From positions 512,001-576,000 of the forward strand of contig CAVXRD010000003.1 in NCBI GenBank assembly GCA_963764165.1: a stretch of 64,000 nucleotides of DNA. Direction: 5' to 3'. Numbering within the stretch: position 1 is the stretch's first letter; every line of letters begins with the position of its first letter. This document shows positions 1 to 8,866 of the stretch, piece by piece. Source of the stretch: an uncultured Verrucomicrobiae bacterium (GTDB taxonomy: Bacteria > Verrucomicrobiota > Verrucomicrobiia > Limisphaerales > Palsa-1400). Under the pieces are notes generated by a model. It was not told where the DNA came from. It worked only from the letters and a program-made list of their open reading frames with translations, and searched no databases. Both the position numbers and the translations under genes were made by a program.

Positions 1-2
1 TT

Positions 3-683
3 GATTCGCTGGTCCCAGCCGGTGGGCCGACCAACCCAGCCGCGCCGACGAATGGCTCGCCTTCGGGTCCGAGCGACCTCATTGCGCTGTCGCCGACAAC
101 ACAGGGCGCGGCGACGAATTCGGTCGCGGTGACGATGGTGGCGCGGGGCGTGGAAACGGCGATGAGCTTTAGCGTGGCGTTTGATCCAACCGTGATGGAA
201 TACGTTGGCGCTTCGACGGGAAGCGGCGCTCCGGGGGCGACCTTGCTGCAGAACACCAACCAAGCTGCCCAAGGTGAAGTGGGTATCATTCTGGGCCTTC
301 TGCCGCCCTCGTCGTTTTCTCCCGGAACGAAAACGATGGCCAATCTGACGTTCGTGGCAAAAGCTTACGCCAATGCTTCCGTGTCCTTTGGTGACTTCCC
401 GATTGTTCGCCAGCTCGTTGACTCAAACGCGTCGTTTCTGGCGACCACATTCCAAAATACAAACCTGACAGTTGCTGGAGGCGAGCCCACGCTGACCATC
501 AACCGAAGCGGAACAAATGTCGTATTGACATGGTCATCGGCTGCGACGAATTTCACACTGCAAACGGCGGCGGTTTTGCGCCAGTGGACGAACGTCACAA
601 CCACCCCTGCAATGGTCGGGAATAATTTCGCAGTCACGTCGTCCGTTTCCACCAACGCGCATTATTTCCGGTTGAAACAGTAG
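3..683 (+). CDS. 3' part of a secreted multidomain protein: cohesin-like domain plus Ig-like C-terminal domain (5'-truncated by window edge)
   Basis: Frame is open from base 3. Cohesin-like pattern 'AMSFSVAFDP..MEYVG...G.KTMANLTF'; terminal 'VVLTWS..TNFTLQ...W...HYFRLKQ'. Confidence 0.7.
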   Translation, partial: DSLVPAGGPTNPAAPTNGSPSGPSDLIALSPTTQGAATNSVAVTMVARGVETAMSFSVAFDPTVMEYVGASTGSGAPGATLLQNTNQAAQGEVGIILGLLPPSSFSPGTKTMANLTFVAKAYANASVSFGDFPIVRQLVDSNASFLATTFQNTNLTVAGGEPTLTINRSGTNVVLTWSSAATNFTLQTAAVLRQWTNVTTTPAMVGNNFAVTSSVSTNAHYFRLKQ

Positions 684-707
684 CCGTCCCTTTTCTTTTT
701 TCGGCTC

Positions 708-777
708 GGCAGGGTGCGGCTCCTGGCGAGCTATTTCCCTCTTTTCGAGGATGGCTCGGCGGGAGCCTTGCCCTGCC
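708..777. repeat. Inverted pair of REP-like palindromes (consensus ~GGCAGGGCGAGGCTCCCGCCGAGCC)
   Basis: 708-733 matches the reverse complement of 752-777 at about 20/26 positions. Related copies near 21131-21153 and 44598-44622. Confidence 0.65.
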
Positions 778-790
778 ATATCATCGGTTT

Positions 791-1579
791 TTGTGGCGCG
801 CGGCGTCGCGTTTGGTTATACCAACGCGCGTGAAACATTTACTCGCTCGCTGGTTGTTCTGCGCGCTTATTGCGCTGGCCCCGATCGCAGTTCACGCGGA
901 GGGCGAATCCGCTCCGGCGCATATGGCGAAATCCAGTACCAAGCCGGCGCCTTGGCCGGGCGGGATTATTCCTTATGATGTTTCCAAACTCACTCCGCCT
1001 CAGCAGAAAATTGCGCAGAAAGCGATGAAACGCTGGGAGGATACAGGAGCTAATATCCAATTTGTCCCGCGGTCGAATCAGGTCGAATACGTGTATTTTA
1101 CAGGACGCACAAATGGTGGAAATAACACCAGCTTGGTTGGTTACAAAAAGGGAGCGCGCGCGGAAATCAACATCACTGCGTTTTGGTGGAACCAGGAGGA
1201 GTGGATGCCCGTCCACGAACTTGGCCACGTCCTCGGATTCGAGCATGAGCACGAACGCTGGGATCGCGATCAATACATCACCGTGCATTACGAAAATATC
1301 AAGGAAGGGCGCGCGGGCGATTATGACTGGATTCCGAAGACTAATTGGATGGTGACCACCCTGCCCTATGATTATCAATCCATCATGCACTATCGCATCT
1401 GCTGGGCGTCGAAATGCGAAGGCGAATGCAAGGACGGCATTGGAAACAGCCCGTGCGCGGTCTTGCAGCCGGTCGATTCAAAATTCGACGGCGTCATTGG
1501 GCAGTGGGGCGACAATCGGGTCAGCGCGCTGGACGCGGAACGAGCGCGCCTTGCTTACGGCGTAAAATCGCCTCATTGA
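791..1579 (+). CDS. Astacin-like (M12A) zinc metalloprotease, secreted
   Basis: HELGHVLGFEHEH zinc motif, RWDRD, Met-turn SIMHY, N-terminal signal peptide. True start may be slightly downstream. Confidence 0.9.
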   Translation: MWRAASRLVIPTRVKHLLARWLFCALIALAPIAVHAEGESAPAHMAKSSTKPAPWPGGIIPYDVSKLTPPQQKIAQKAMKRWEDTGANIQFVPRSNQVEYVYFTGRTNGGNNTSLVGYKKGARAEINITAFWWNQEEWMPVHELGHVLGFEHEHERWDRDQYITVHYENIKEGRAGDYDWIPKTNWMVTTLPYDYQSIMHYRICWASKCEGECKDGIGNSPCAVLQPVDSKFDGVIGQWGDNRVSALDAERARLAYGVKSPH

Positions 1580-1614
1580 TTGCGCCTGCGATCTTGTGCA
1601 GCAGGCTCAAAACT

Positions 1615-2088
1615 TTAATTTGGCGCAGACTCTGAGGCTTGCCACGATACGACCCGCCATTTTCCCTGGCGATGCACATACACCTTCGTGAAGCGCCAAT
1701 CCTCTTGGATTTTCTTGTCCCCGAAGGTTCGCTCCCGAATCAAACGGCCCGTCACGACGGCAGCTTCGCCATAGATGCGGAAAGCGGTGTCGGAGGTTTC
1801 GTAGCGCTGGAACTTCATGCGCCCGGTTCGCCAGATCGCCAGCGATTGCGACTTGTTCATCAACTGCATTTTGGGAACCGTGACAACCAATTCGTCTGCC
1901 CAGAGGTCGTCGAGGGCGGCGGTGTCTCCGCGCAGGTGAGCGTCGTTCCACACTTTTTCGAGGCGCTGAAGTTCGACTTGGTCAGCGGAGTTGGTTGAGG
2001 CGTTCTTGGGTTCCTGGGCGCCCGCAGTCAAAAGTGAAAACGCCAGAAACAGAAGGCTTGCTGCCTTCGTCAGATGAACGAGCTGCAT
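1615..2088 (-). CDS. NTF2-like / DUF4440 exported protein
   Basis: Signal peptide; 'LEKVWNDA..RGD.AALDDLWADE', 'FRIYGEAAVVTG', 'RFTKVYV...GKWRVVSWQAS'. Confidence 0.85.
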   Translation of the reverse strand: MQLVHLTKAASLLFLAFSLLTAGAQEPKNASTNSADQVELQRLEKVWNDAHLRGDTAALDDLWADELVVTVPKMQLMNKSQSLAIWRTGRMKFQRYETSDTAFRIYGEAAVVTGRLIRERTFGDKKIQEDWRFTKVYVHRQGKWRVVSWQASESAPN

Positions 2089-2179
2089 GGATTGATATAA
2101 GGAGCCGGATGAGTTTTTGTCAAGGCTGGGGGCTCATTGGCGCAGGACAGACGCATCTTAATTATTGTGATCTATTGAA

Positions 2180-2206
2180 AATCAACGAGCGCCAAGCTCG
2201 TTGATT
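2180..2206 (-). terminator. Hairpin, possible intrinsic terminator downstream of addB
   Basis: AATCAACGAGC-gccaa-GCTCGTTGATT is a perfect 11-bp stem, followed by a T-rich tract on the minus strand. Confidence 0.45.
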
Positions 2207-2454
2207 GGCAGGGACGCCTCGCCCGAGGCGTCCGGGGTGAGGCATTATTCACGCACAACGCCAGAAGCATTTTCACGCGCAACCGGACGCCTCGGCGGAG
2301 TCTGTCTCAAAACTCAAAAACGGCTTTAAAAAGCACCACCAAAACACCCTCGCCGAAAATAAAAATGCGCCATATCGCAAATGAGAGATTAGTAGTATTG
2401 ACACACTTTGAGGATTTTGTAGTTTTGAGACAATCTCGGCGAGGCGTCCCTACC
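2207..2454. repeat. Inverted pair of GTAG-type REP palindromes (GGACGCCTC-GGC-GAGGCGTCC); second copy interrupted by a MITE
   Basis: 2207-2234 is GGCAGGGACGCCTCGCCCGAGGCGTCCG. The second copy is reconstituted from 2284-2297 plus 2442-2454 (ends ...GGCGTCCCTACC). Confidence 0.75.
2298..2437. mobile_element. 140-bp MITE with 17-bp terminal inverted repeats and 4-bp GGCG target duplication
   Basis: GAGTCTGTCTCAAAACT (2298-2314) vs AGTTTTGAGACAATCTC (2421-2437), 15/17 match. GGCG at 2294-2297 and 2438-2441. AT-rich interior. Confidence 0.8.
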
Positions 2455-2492
2455 TCGAAATTAAGATGCGGAGCATGCAGCCGGGCGCAAAA

Positions 2493-5400
2493 CTATTTCA
2501 GAACACGAAAAGAATTTTCCCATGGATCGAATCGGCAGATGGCCTGGTACTCGCACCGATCGCACGCAATTTCAGCGCCTTTTTGATACGGGTTCAGGCC
2601 GATCTCCCCCTCGTAAATTTCCTTCCCCATGCGCGCCAATTCCGCTTCGACGTGATCAAGCATTTCGATGAATGATTCCGGCGCCATCAGATCACTGTTG
2701 CGCGCGTGAGGTTTGCCGTCGGCGTTGATTTTGAATTTGAATTGCGTGCCGCTGTCATCGCCCCGAGCATCGAGATAAGGGAGCGAGGTGAAATCAAAAC
2801 GGCCGCTGTGCTGGAATCGCATTTGCCGGAATTGTTCGCGGGTCGCGAGCATTTCGCGGCGCGTTTTGCCATTGCTGAATCCTCCACGCAGGTTCACATA
2901 AAATACGCCCGCCGGGATAAGCCGTTTGATGCCGAAAACTTTTTCCGAATCCGCGAGGTGCCGGAGAAACCCGAGGTAGGCGGCCAGTTGCAACTGCAAC
3001 CCGTGCCTCATGCGAATGTCCTCCAAATCCTTCGCGCTCGATTTGTAGTCGATCACCACCGCAAGCGCCTCATCGGCGCTGCCAGTCATGCATAAATCGA
3101 TGCGGTCGATTTTTCCTCGAAAAGCGAGTCGCCGCCCTCCGCCGAGATCAATCTCCCAGGCGGGCAAAAGGCCACCCTCCATGCCGAAGGACAATTCCAC
3201 CTCGAACGGGTCGAACTGGTAATGCGCCATCCAATCCACCATCGAGGCCGCGAAATCCTGCAGCGTCTCCGTCACGGCGCGGGCGGAAAAACGGCTCTGC
3301 GCGGTCGATCCTAGCAGGCCCTCGCGAAAGGCCGGGAGGATTTCGTCGACAGCAATTTGAATGCGGCGGCGCGCGTCATCGGGCGTGATGTCGCGCCACT
3401 TCTTATTTTCGCTCCGCAGCGTTCGATGAAATCGCTCCAGCACTTCGTGTTGAAAACTGCCGCGCTCGCGGGCGTCGAGCTCGAATTGCTTGCGCTCCTC
3501 CGCCTTCAAACCGACACGCACAAAAAAACGGTAGGAGCAGGCGGCAAATTCCTCGAGGCGGCTGACGGAAGTGCGCAACGCCGCGCCGTAAAGCCGATCC
3601 GCCTGCCCCGGCTCGAGCGACTGCGGCTGGCGGACAAATTTGAACGACGCCATTTGCTCGCGCAACGACGCGAAGGCCGGGCGTTGCAAAAGCTCCACGA
3701 AGCTCGATGGCTGATTTCCCGCGCGAGCCAGGCGTCCGGCCAGTTCGCATAAATGCTCCGGCTGCTGTGAAGGCGAGACGGTGAATTTCTCGACGCTCCA
3801 TTGCGGAAACATGCGGGCAATAAGGGTAATCAGCGGCGAGGGATTCAGCGTGCTTCCATCGTTGCCTTTTTGCGCATAACTCACGGTCAACTGTTCCGAG
3901 GCGCGCGTGCAGGCGATGTAGCCGAAGAACCGTTCGCGGCTGAGAAATTCCTTCCGCCCGTGGCTCAGGCGGATTTGATATTTCGCCAATTCATCACGGT
4001 CGGCTTCGATCAGCAAATGCCCGCCGGGCGGCTTGGCGGGAAACACCGTTTCATTGACACCAATCAACACAGCCAGCTTGAGTTCGGGATTGCGCGAACG
4101 ATCAATCGCGCCGATCAGCACTTGATCGAGCACGGGCGGAATCACCCCGACACTCAATTGGGCGAGGCCGGATTCGAGGATCGGCAGCCAGTCCCGCAAC
4201 GCCATCGATTCCCCGGCGAAGGCGAGCGCGATGTCCTTAAGCCATTCATTGAGCTGATCCCAAATCGTGCCGTGAACAGCCGCCTCGGAATCCTCGCGGG
4301 CGGTCCATTCCTCAAGTTTCTTCTCGACCTCCAGTTCGCTCCAAAGCTGTTGAATGATTTGGGCCAGCGCCGGGCCGTCGACGCGAAATTGCCGCGAAGT
4401 GAAGGCCGTTTTGAAATCGGAAAACGGGCCGATCCACTTGCGGCGAAATCGTTCAGCCCAATCGGATTTGGCGCTGTCAAACGGGAGCGGGCCAAACCAC
4501 GTCTCCCCTTTCCATCCGCGAGCCATCGCTTCATTTTCGAGACGGTCAATGCCAGCTTCGTCGTTTGTCACGAGGCCGCTCTTGAGCGCGGCGAATAAAT
4601 CCTCGTGCTGCCAGCCGAAGACGGCGGCACGAAGAACGCTGCGTGTCAATTCCGCCAGCGGGTGCTGCGCGACAGGACGGCGGCGATCTAAAAAGAACGG
4701 TATCTCGTAGCGCGCAAACGCCCTGCGCAAATGATCGTGGTAACCGTCCAGAGTTCGCACCAGAACAGCGGCCTCTCGGTAGCGCCCACCCCCGCGAACA
4801 AAGCGCAAAATCTCCCGCGCAGCCATCGTCGCTTCCGCCGCCGGATCCGCGCATTCGACGAGACGCAGAGCGTTTTTCTCCGTTGGGGCGGGATCCGGTT
4901 CGAGCGCGGACGGCACCGCCCAATTCTTCTCCAAATGCCGTAAGACCCGGCTGCCCGCGAATCGGCCTGTGGCGGAATCGCGCCGCAACGTCTCCAGTGC
5001 CACACTCACGCGTGGCAAAGCCGCGAAGCGCCCGTGGCATTGGCGGTACGTTTCTCCAAGCCCCGTCCAAATCGAGAGCCACGACGCCTCGCTGTCTGCC
5101 GAAGATGTTTCGAGGCAGAAATTCAAGCTGGCCTCGCCGCACCGCGCTCCGACGGCGGCCAGCAAATCCAATTCAGACGGCGTCATCTCGGCAAATCCGT
5201 CGAGCCAAAGCGCAGACGCGACGGGCTTTTCCAGTTTTGACTTTGCGAGCGCGTCAACAGCCAGGCCGAAGAGGCATTCCGCATCCTGCAAATTGCGCGA
5301 GCGCAGCCAATTCAAATAGTCCGTCAACAATACGGATAAATCATGCAGCTTGCGCCGGAGCGAATCCGACAAATCTTCGCGCCCGCAAAGCTGCCGCAGA

Positions 5401-6011
5401 ATTTCCGGCGTGATTTGGCGCTGTTGAAGCTCACGCAATTCAACACTGAGCTGCTGCGCGAAACCGGGCAGGCCCGCGCTGGCGTGAAAAATTTGCAACT
5501 CTTTGCGCCTCCGGGCCAGCAGCGCGTGCAGCACCATCACCCGCCCGTCCTCGGACAGCAGTGTTGGCGCGGATTGGCCCGTCAAATCGAGTATGTGATT
5601 GGCCAGGCGTTCGAAGGATAAAATGCGGAGGCGCGTGTAACCTCGCAAATTTTCGTCTGCGAGGAGTTGGCGCTCCAACTGGAAAGTGGCTTGTTTCGGG
5701 GCCAGAAAAATCAGCGGAGGGCCGTCCGAATCGGACCCAAGCCGGGACGATGCCATCGGATTTGGGAGCGCGACCGTCTCGGCCGCTCTGGCCGGCGTCT
5801 CGCCGGACAGTTCAGCAGATTTTTTGCGGTCACCGTTTGGTGAAATGCCTTTGCGCGAAGAGTTTTCAGCGGAAGGCCGAAAACAGCGGTCGAGACGACC
5901 GCGCTCCCCAAATCCAATGGAATCGTTCCGGCTCAGCGCCTCACGAATCTCCGCGAGGCAGCAGAATGTCTTGCCGGATCCAGCCGGGCCTATGATGAAC
6001 CGTGCGCGCAC
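2493..6011 (-). CDS. addB: ATP-dependent helicase/nuclease subunit B (AddB/RexB), carrying an in-frame palindromic insertion
   Basis: N-terminal GPAGSGKT; SVSRLEEFAAC; RGKIDRID...DYKSS nuclease motif; C-terminal CDRCEYQAIC Fe-S cysteines. Start placed at GTG 6011. Confidence 0.88.
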   Translation of the reverse strand: MRARFIIGPAGSGKTFCCLAEIREALSRNDSIGFGERGRLDRCFRPSAENSSRKGISPNGDRKKSAELSGETPARAAETVALPNPMASSRLGSDSDGPPLIFLAPKQATFQLERQLLADENLRGYTRLRILSFERLANHILDLTGQSAPTLLSEDGRVMVLHALLARRRKELQIFHASAGLPGFAQQLSVELRELQQRQITPEILRQLCGREDLSDSLRRKLHDLSVLLTDYLNWLRSRNLQDAECLFGLAVDALAKSKLEKPVASALWLDGFAEMTPSELDLLAAVGARCGEASLNFCLETSSADSEASWLSIWTGLGETYRQCHGRFAALPRVSVALETLRRDSATGRFAGSRVLRHLEKNWAVPSALEPDPAPTEKNALRLVECADPAAEATMAAREILRFVRGGGRYREAAVLVRTLDGYHDHLRRAFARYEIPFFLDRRRPVAQHPLAELTRSVLRAAVFGWQHEDLFAALKSGLVTNDEAGIDRLENEAMARGWKGETWFGPLPFDSAKSDWAERFRRKWIGPFSDFKTAFTSRQFRVDGPALAQIIQQLWSELEVEKKLEEWTAREDSEAAVHGTIWDQLNEWLKDIALAFAGESMALRDWLPILESGLAQLSVGVIPPVLDQVLIGAIDRSRNPELKLAVLIGVNETVFPAKPPGGHLLIEADRDELAKYQIRLSHGRKEFLSRERFFGYIACTRASEQLTVSYAQKGNDGSTLNPSPLITLIARMFPQWSVEKFTVSPSQQPEHLCELAGRLARAGNQPSSFVELLQRPAFASLREQMASFKFVRQPQSLEPGQADRLYGAALRTSVSRLEEFAACSYRFFVRVGLKAEERKQFELDARERGSFQHEVLERFHRTLRSENKKWRDITPDDARRRIQIAVDEILPAFREGLLGSTAQSRFSARAVTETLQDFAASMVDWMAHYQFDPFEVELSFGMEGGLLPAWEIDLGGGRRLAFRGKIDRIDLCMTGSADEALAVVIDYKSSAKDLEDIRMRHGLQLQLAAYLGFLRHLADSEKVFGIKRLIPAGVFYVNLRGGFSNGKTRREMLATREQFRQMRFQHSGRFDFTSLPYLDARGDDSGTQFKFKINADGKPHARNSDLMAPESFIEMLDHVEAELARMGKEIYEGEIGLNPYQKGAEIACDRCEYQAICRFDPWENSFRVLK
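5753..5920. repeat. Palindromic repeat element inserted in frame in addB
   Basis: ~35-bp arms at 5753-5787 and 5885-5920 are near-perfect inverted repeats, with nested inner hairpins. Confidence 0.75.
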
Positions 6012-6037
6012 GAGGGTTTGATTCTCATTGAAACTGT

Positions 6038-6517
6038 TCACAAGATAAAGTGCTGAAGCAGCAGGCTGACACCGGAAAAGACACCGGCTGCAAAACAAGC
6101 TGCCATGAGGCCGAAGTATAACCGAACCGGGGTTTTCTCGGCGATGGACATCGTTATGAGCACCTCTTTAAGGGCATCGCGCCCGAGCCTTGCATTGACG
6201 GCCACTGCGTATGAGAGCGGCAGCATGGCCGTCAGACCGAGGCCAACGCCCATTCCTCTCCAATCGTAGCGGTCGAGCCAACCAGTTTTATAACAAAGCA
6301 GTCCCACGCCTATTCCGCCCACTGACAAGGCATGAGCGGTGCGGATCTTTCCATTATGTTCTCTCAAAAGCTGGTCACGCCCCTTGATTCCAACCCTCTC
6401 TGGGACCCACCGCAACATTTTCGTTTTTAGCCACGCGCCAGCAATCCATCCAAAAGTCCCGCAGATCATTGCCACTGCCGGGCCCTGTCCAATCGAACGG
6501 ATTTCGTCGGGGCTCAT
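6038..6517 (-). CDS. Hypothetical membrane protein
   Basis: 159-aa ORF with about four hydrophobic segments; no recognised family. Confidence 0.6.
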   Translation of the reverse strand: MSPDEIRSIGQGPAVAMICGTFGWIAGAWLKTKMLRWVPERVGIKGRDQLLREHNGKIRTAHALSVGGIGVGLLCYKTGWLDRYDWRGMGVGLGLTAMLPLSYAVAVNARLGRDALKEVLITMSIAEKTPVRLYFGLMAACFAAGVFSGVSLLLQHFIL

Positions 6518-6766
6518 TTGTTTTCAAGTCTGAGGATAGCTCTAATCCGGACAAGATCAATCCACACGATGGGCGCTAAAAAGGGGGCACGCCTGTATCT
6601 CTCTTCGATATTTTTTAAACTGTCGATCTTGTTCATCATGTCTAAAGGCGGAACGCCGCCTCCCAGGCTTTTTAAACGAAAGTCCTGCGCTATGGTCTAA
6701 CCCCGAATGCCTGAAAACGGATGCTGAAACGGCTATGAAAAGAAGCAGAATCGATGGACAAAATCT

Positions 6767-7597
6767 ATGAATGCTGGGGAGAATGCTGAACGGATGCCCG
6801 CGCAAAGGAATGGAGCTGGAGGCTTTTCTTTGATTGAGCTGCTGACGGTGATTGTCATCATCGGCATTTTGACCGCGTTAATTATCCCGGCTATGTCCAA
6901 GGCAAAAGCTCAAGGTCAAAGCACGGTTTGCAAAAACAACCTGAGTCAAACCGGGCGGGCAATGCAGATGTACCTTTCTGACAACGGCAGATATCCATCG
7001 GCCATATTCGGCGGCGGCCCTCATCAATTCAAAAGTTGGGCGGATCAACTGGCTCCTTACAATCCGGTCCAATGGACCAACCTTTCCTGGAACTGTCCAA
7101 CGTATGTCGCCAACAACGGCGTCGTGAAGTTTGCTCCACCTTTCAAGCCCGGCGGCCAGGTGGCGGAGTGGAGCAGTTACTCCTACAACGCATTTGGCAT
7201 TGCGGGACCGGTGCCCGGCGCAGGAGGGGGATGGCCGACATCGCAACTCGGTTTGGGATTGATCCCGCTTGGCACGCCCCGCGAGCAGCAAGTTTTGGCC
7301 CCTGGGGAAATGTATGTTGTCGCCGATGCAAGGCCCATCCGGTGGCCGGCGGCCGGCGGGTCCGCATATATCGGCCAACTCTGGATGTGTCCATACCGCT
7401 TTGGGGCCGCCTCACGATTGGAACAGGCGCCGCCGCATTCGCAAGGTTACAACATCCTGTTCAGCGATGCTCATGTGGCCTTGGTGAAACGGCAGGACTA
7501 TCTGCACCCTCCTCGAACAGCACGCAATTGGAACCGCGATAACCAACCTCATCCAGAACTTTGGGCCTCCACCAATGATTGGGCCATCCAAAATTAG
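6767..7597 (+). CDS. Prepilin-type N-terminal cleavage/methylation protein with C-terminal H-X9-DG-like motif (DUF1559-like)
   Basis: GFSLIELLTVIVIIGIL..LIIPAMSKAK; C.NNL.Q; HSQGYNILFSDAHV. Confidence 0.9.
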   Translation: MNAGENAERMPAQRNGAGGFSLIELLTVIVIIGILTALIIPAMSKAKAQGQSTVCKNNLSQTGRAMQMYLSDNGRYPSAIFGGGPHQFKSWADQLAPYNPVQWTNLSWNCPTYVANNGVVKFAPPFKPGGQVAEWSSYSYNAFGIAGPVPGAGGGWPTSQLGLGLIPLGTPREQQVLAPGEMYVVADARPIRWPAAGGSAYIGQLWMCPYRFGAASRLEQAPPHSQGYNILFSDAHVALVKRQDYLHPPRTARNWNRDNQPHPELWASTNDWAIQN

Positions 7598-7635
7598 TCA
7601 AGCATATGAAGACCGAAGGAAGCGTTCTTCCGCGC

Positions 7636-8739
7636 TCATGGCACCTCCGGCAAAACGGCCTTTTCGTAGCTATCGACATTTTGCTGAAATATGCGTTTTT
7701 CGTCGCCGCTGGCCAGCCCTGCCGCCGTTCGCTCGATCGAGATGGCTTCCGCATGCCTGCCTTTCATAAATTTCACCCGCGCCAGCGTGTTGAGGAACTG
7801 GCTCTTCTGCTCCGGTTCCTTGGCACCATCAACAGCGCGCTGAGCAAGCGTCTGCGCCAAGTCGAGGTCGGGATGTTTAATTGATTTTCTTGAAACGATC
7901 ATCCACGCCAGATCGTTCTGAATGCTCGAATCGTTAGCATGGGCTTCTGCGTACTGCCGGAGAATTTTGAAAGCGGCTGCCTCCTCGTTTTTAGGGATAA
8001 GAATATTGAAGAGGATCACGGGAGCCGGTTCAGAAAAGTCATCCGGCGCTGCTTTGGCCATTTCAACCACTTCGGCGAGCGCTTTGCTCCAATCTCGGTC
8101 TCTCACCGCTGAGTCGAATTTCGGAATAATAGCCGCCATCAGCGTGTTTTGTTTTTCGTCATCGGCTTTCTGCCTGGCGTCCTCCGCCCTCGCCGCATCC
8201 AGGCCGAATTTTCCTGACAGAACGTCGTCCAGGATTTGCTCTCTTAATCTCATGGGCGGCCCGATCCAGGCGATACGGCCCCTCTTGTCAATTAGAAAAG
8301 CCATCGGAATTCCATGTTGGTTGGCGGCGGCATTCAGCCAAGTTTCCACCATTTTTCCCGTTTTGCTGCCGCTGGTGTCATCCAGCGCCACAGGATAGGT
8401 CATTTTGTTGCCCCTGGATTTTACGAAGCGAACCACTTTTTGATCGTCCTGCTCTGAGCAATCTTGTCCAATGACGACCAGACTCCGGTCTTTGAATTTT
8501 GCGTACGTCTCATTAATGTGCGGAATCGCCGCAACGCACGGAGCGCACCAAGTGGCCCAAAACTCAATCAAGTACGCTTTGCCGAATTCGAAATTCGTAA
8601 CTGGTTCTCCCTGAATGAACCGACCGGTCTGCAATTTGGGAGCCGGATCGCCAACTTTGAGGGAATCGGATGCCGAGAGACGGATGCAAAAGAATATCGA
8701 AAGAACGACCGCTAAACCTGCGCGTAGGAATATTCTCAT
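7636..8739 (-). CDS. TlpA-family disulfide reductase with helical/TPR-like C-terminus
   Basis: LKVGDPAP; EFWATWCAPC; GIP.AFLIDK.G.I; signal peptide. Confidence 0.88.
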   Translation of the reverse strand: MRIFLRAGLAVVLSIFFCIRLSASDSLKVGDPAPKLQTGRFIQGEPVTNFEFGKAYLIEFWATWCAPCVAAIPHINETYAKFKDRSLVVIGQDCSEQDDQKVVRFVKSRGNKMTYPVALDDTSGSKTGKMVETWLNAAANQHGIPMAFLIDKRGRIAWIGPPMRLREQILDDVLSGKFGLDAARAEDARQKADDEKQNTLMAAIIPKFDSAVRDRDWSKALAEVVEMAKAAPDDFSEPAPVILFNILIPKNEEAAAFKILRQYAEAHANDSSIQNDLAWMIVSRKSIKHPDLDLAQTLAQRAVDGAKEPEQKSQFLNTLARVKFMKGRHAEAISIERTAAGLASGDEKRIFQQNVDSYEKAVLPEVP

Positions 8740-8866
8740 AAATTCCCGATTAATCTATGACGGAACGGAAGCCCTAATCAAGGAATGGTGGCGACACAAA
8801 ATTCTTCGTCTCGTTGGTGTCGAAAATCCCAGGCATCCTCTGCGAAAAAAGCCGCACGCCGCAAAA

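Noticed and set aside
6012..6098. Longer addB start overlapping the upstream gene
   Set aside because: AddB proteins begin just before the P-loop, so GTG 6011 fits better.
6557..6805. 82-aa minus-strand ORF in the divergent spacer
   Set aside because: It has no motif, overlaps the prepilin gene start, and probably represents promoter DNA.
6767..7597. Prepilin-like gene as evidence for a pilus or T2SS locus
   Set aside because: Stand-alone H-X9-DG prepilin-type genes are abundant in PVC genomes, and no assembly genes are adjacent.
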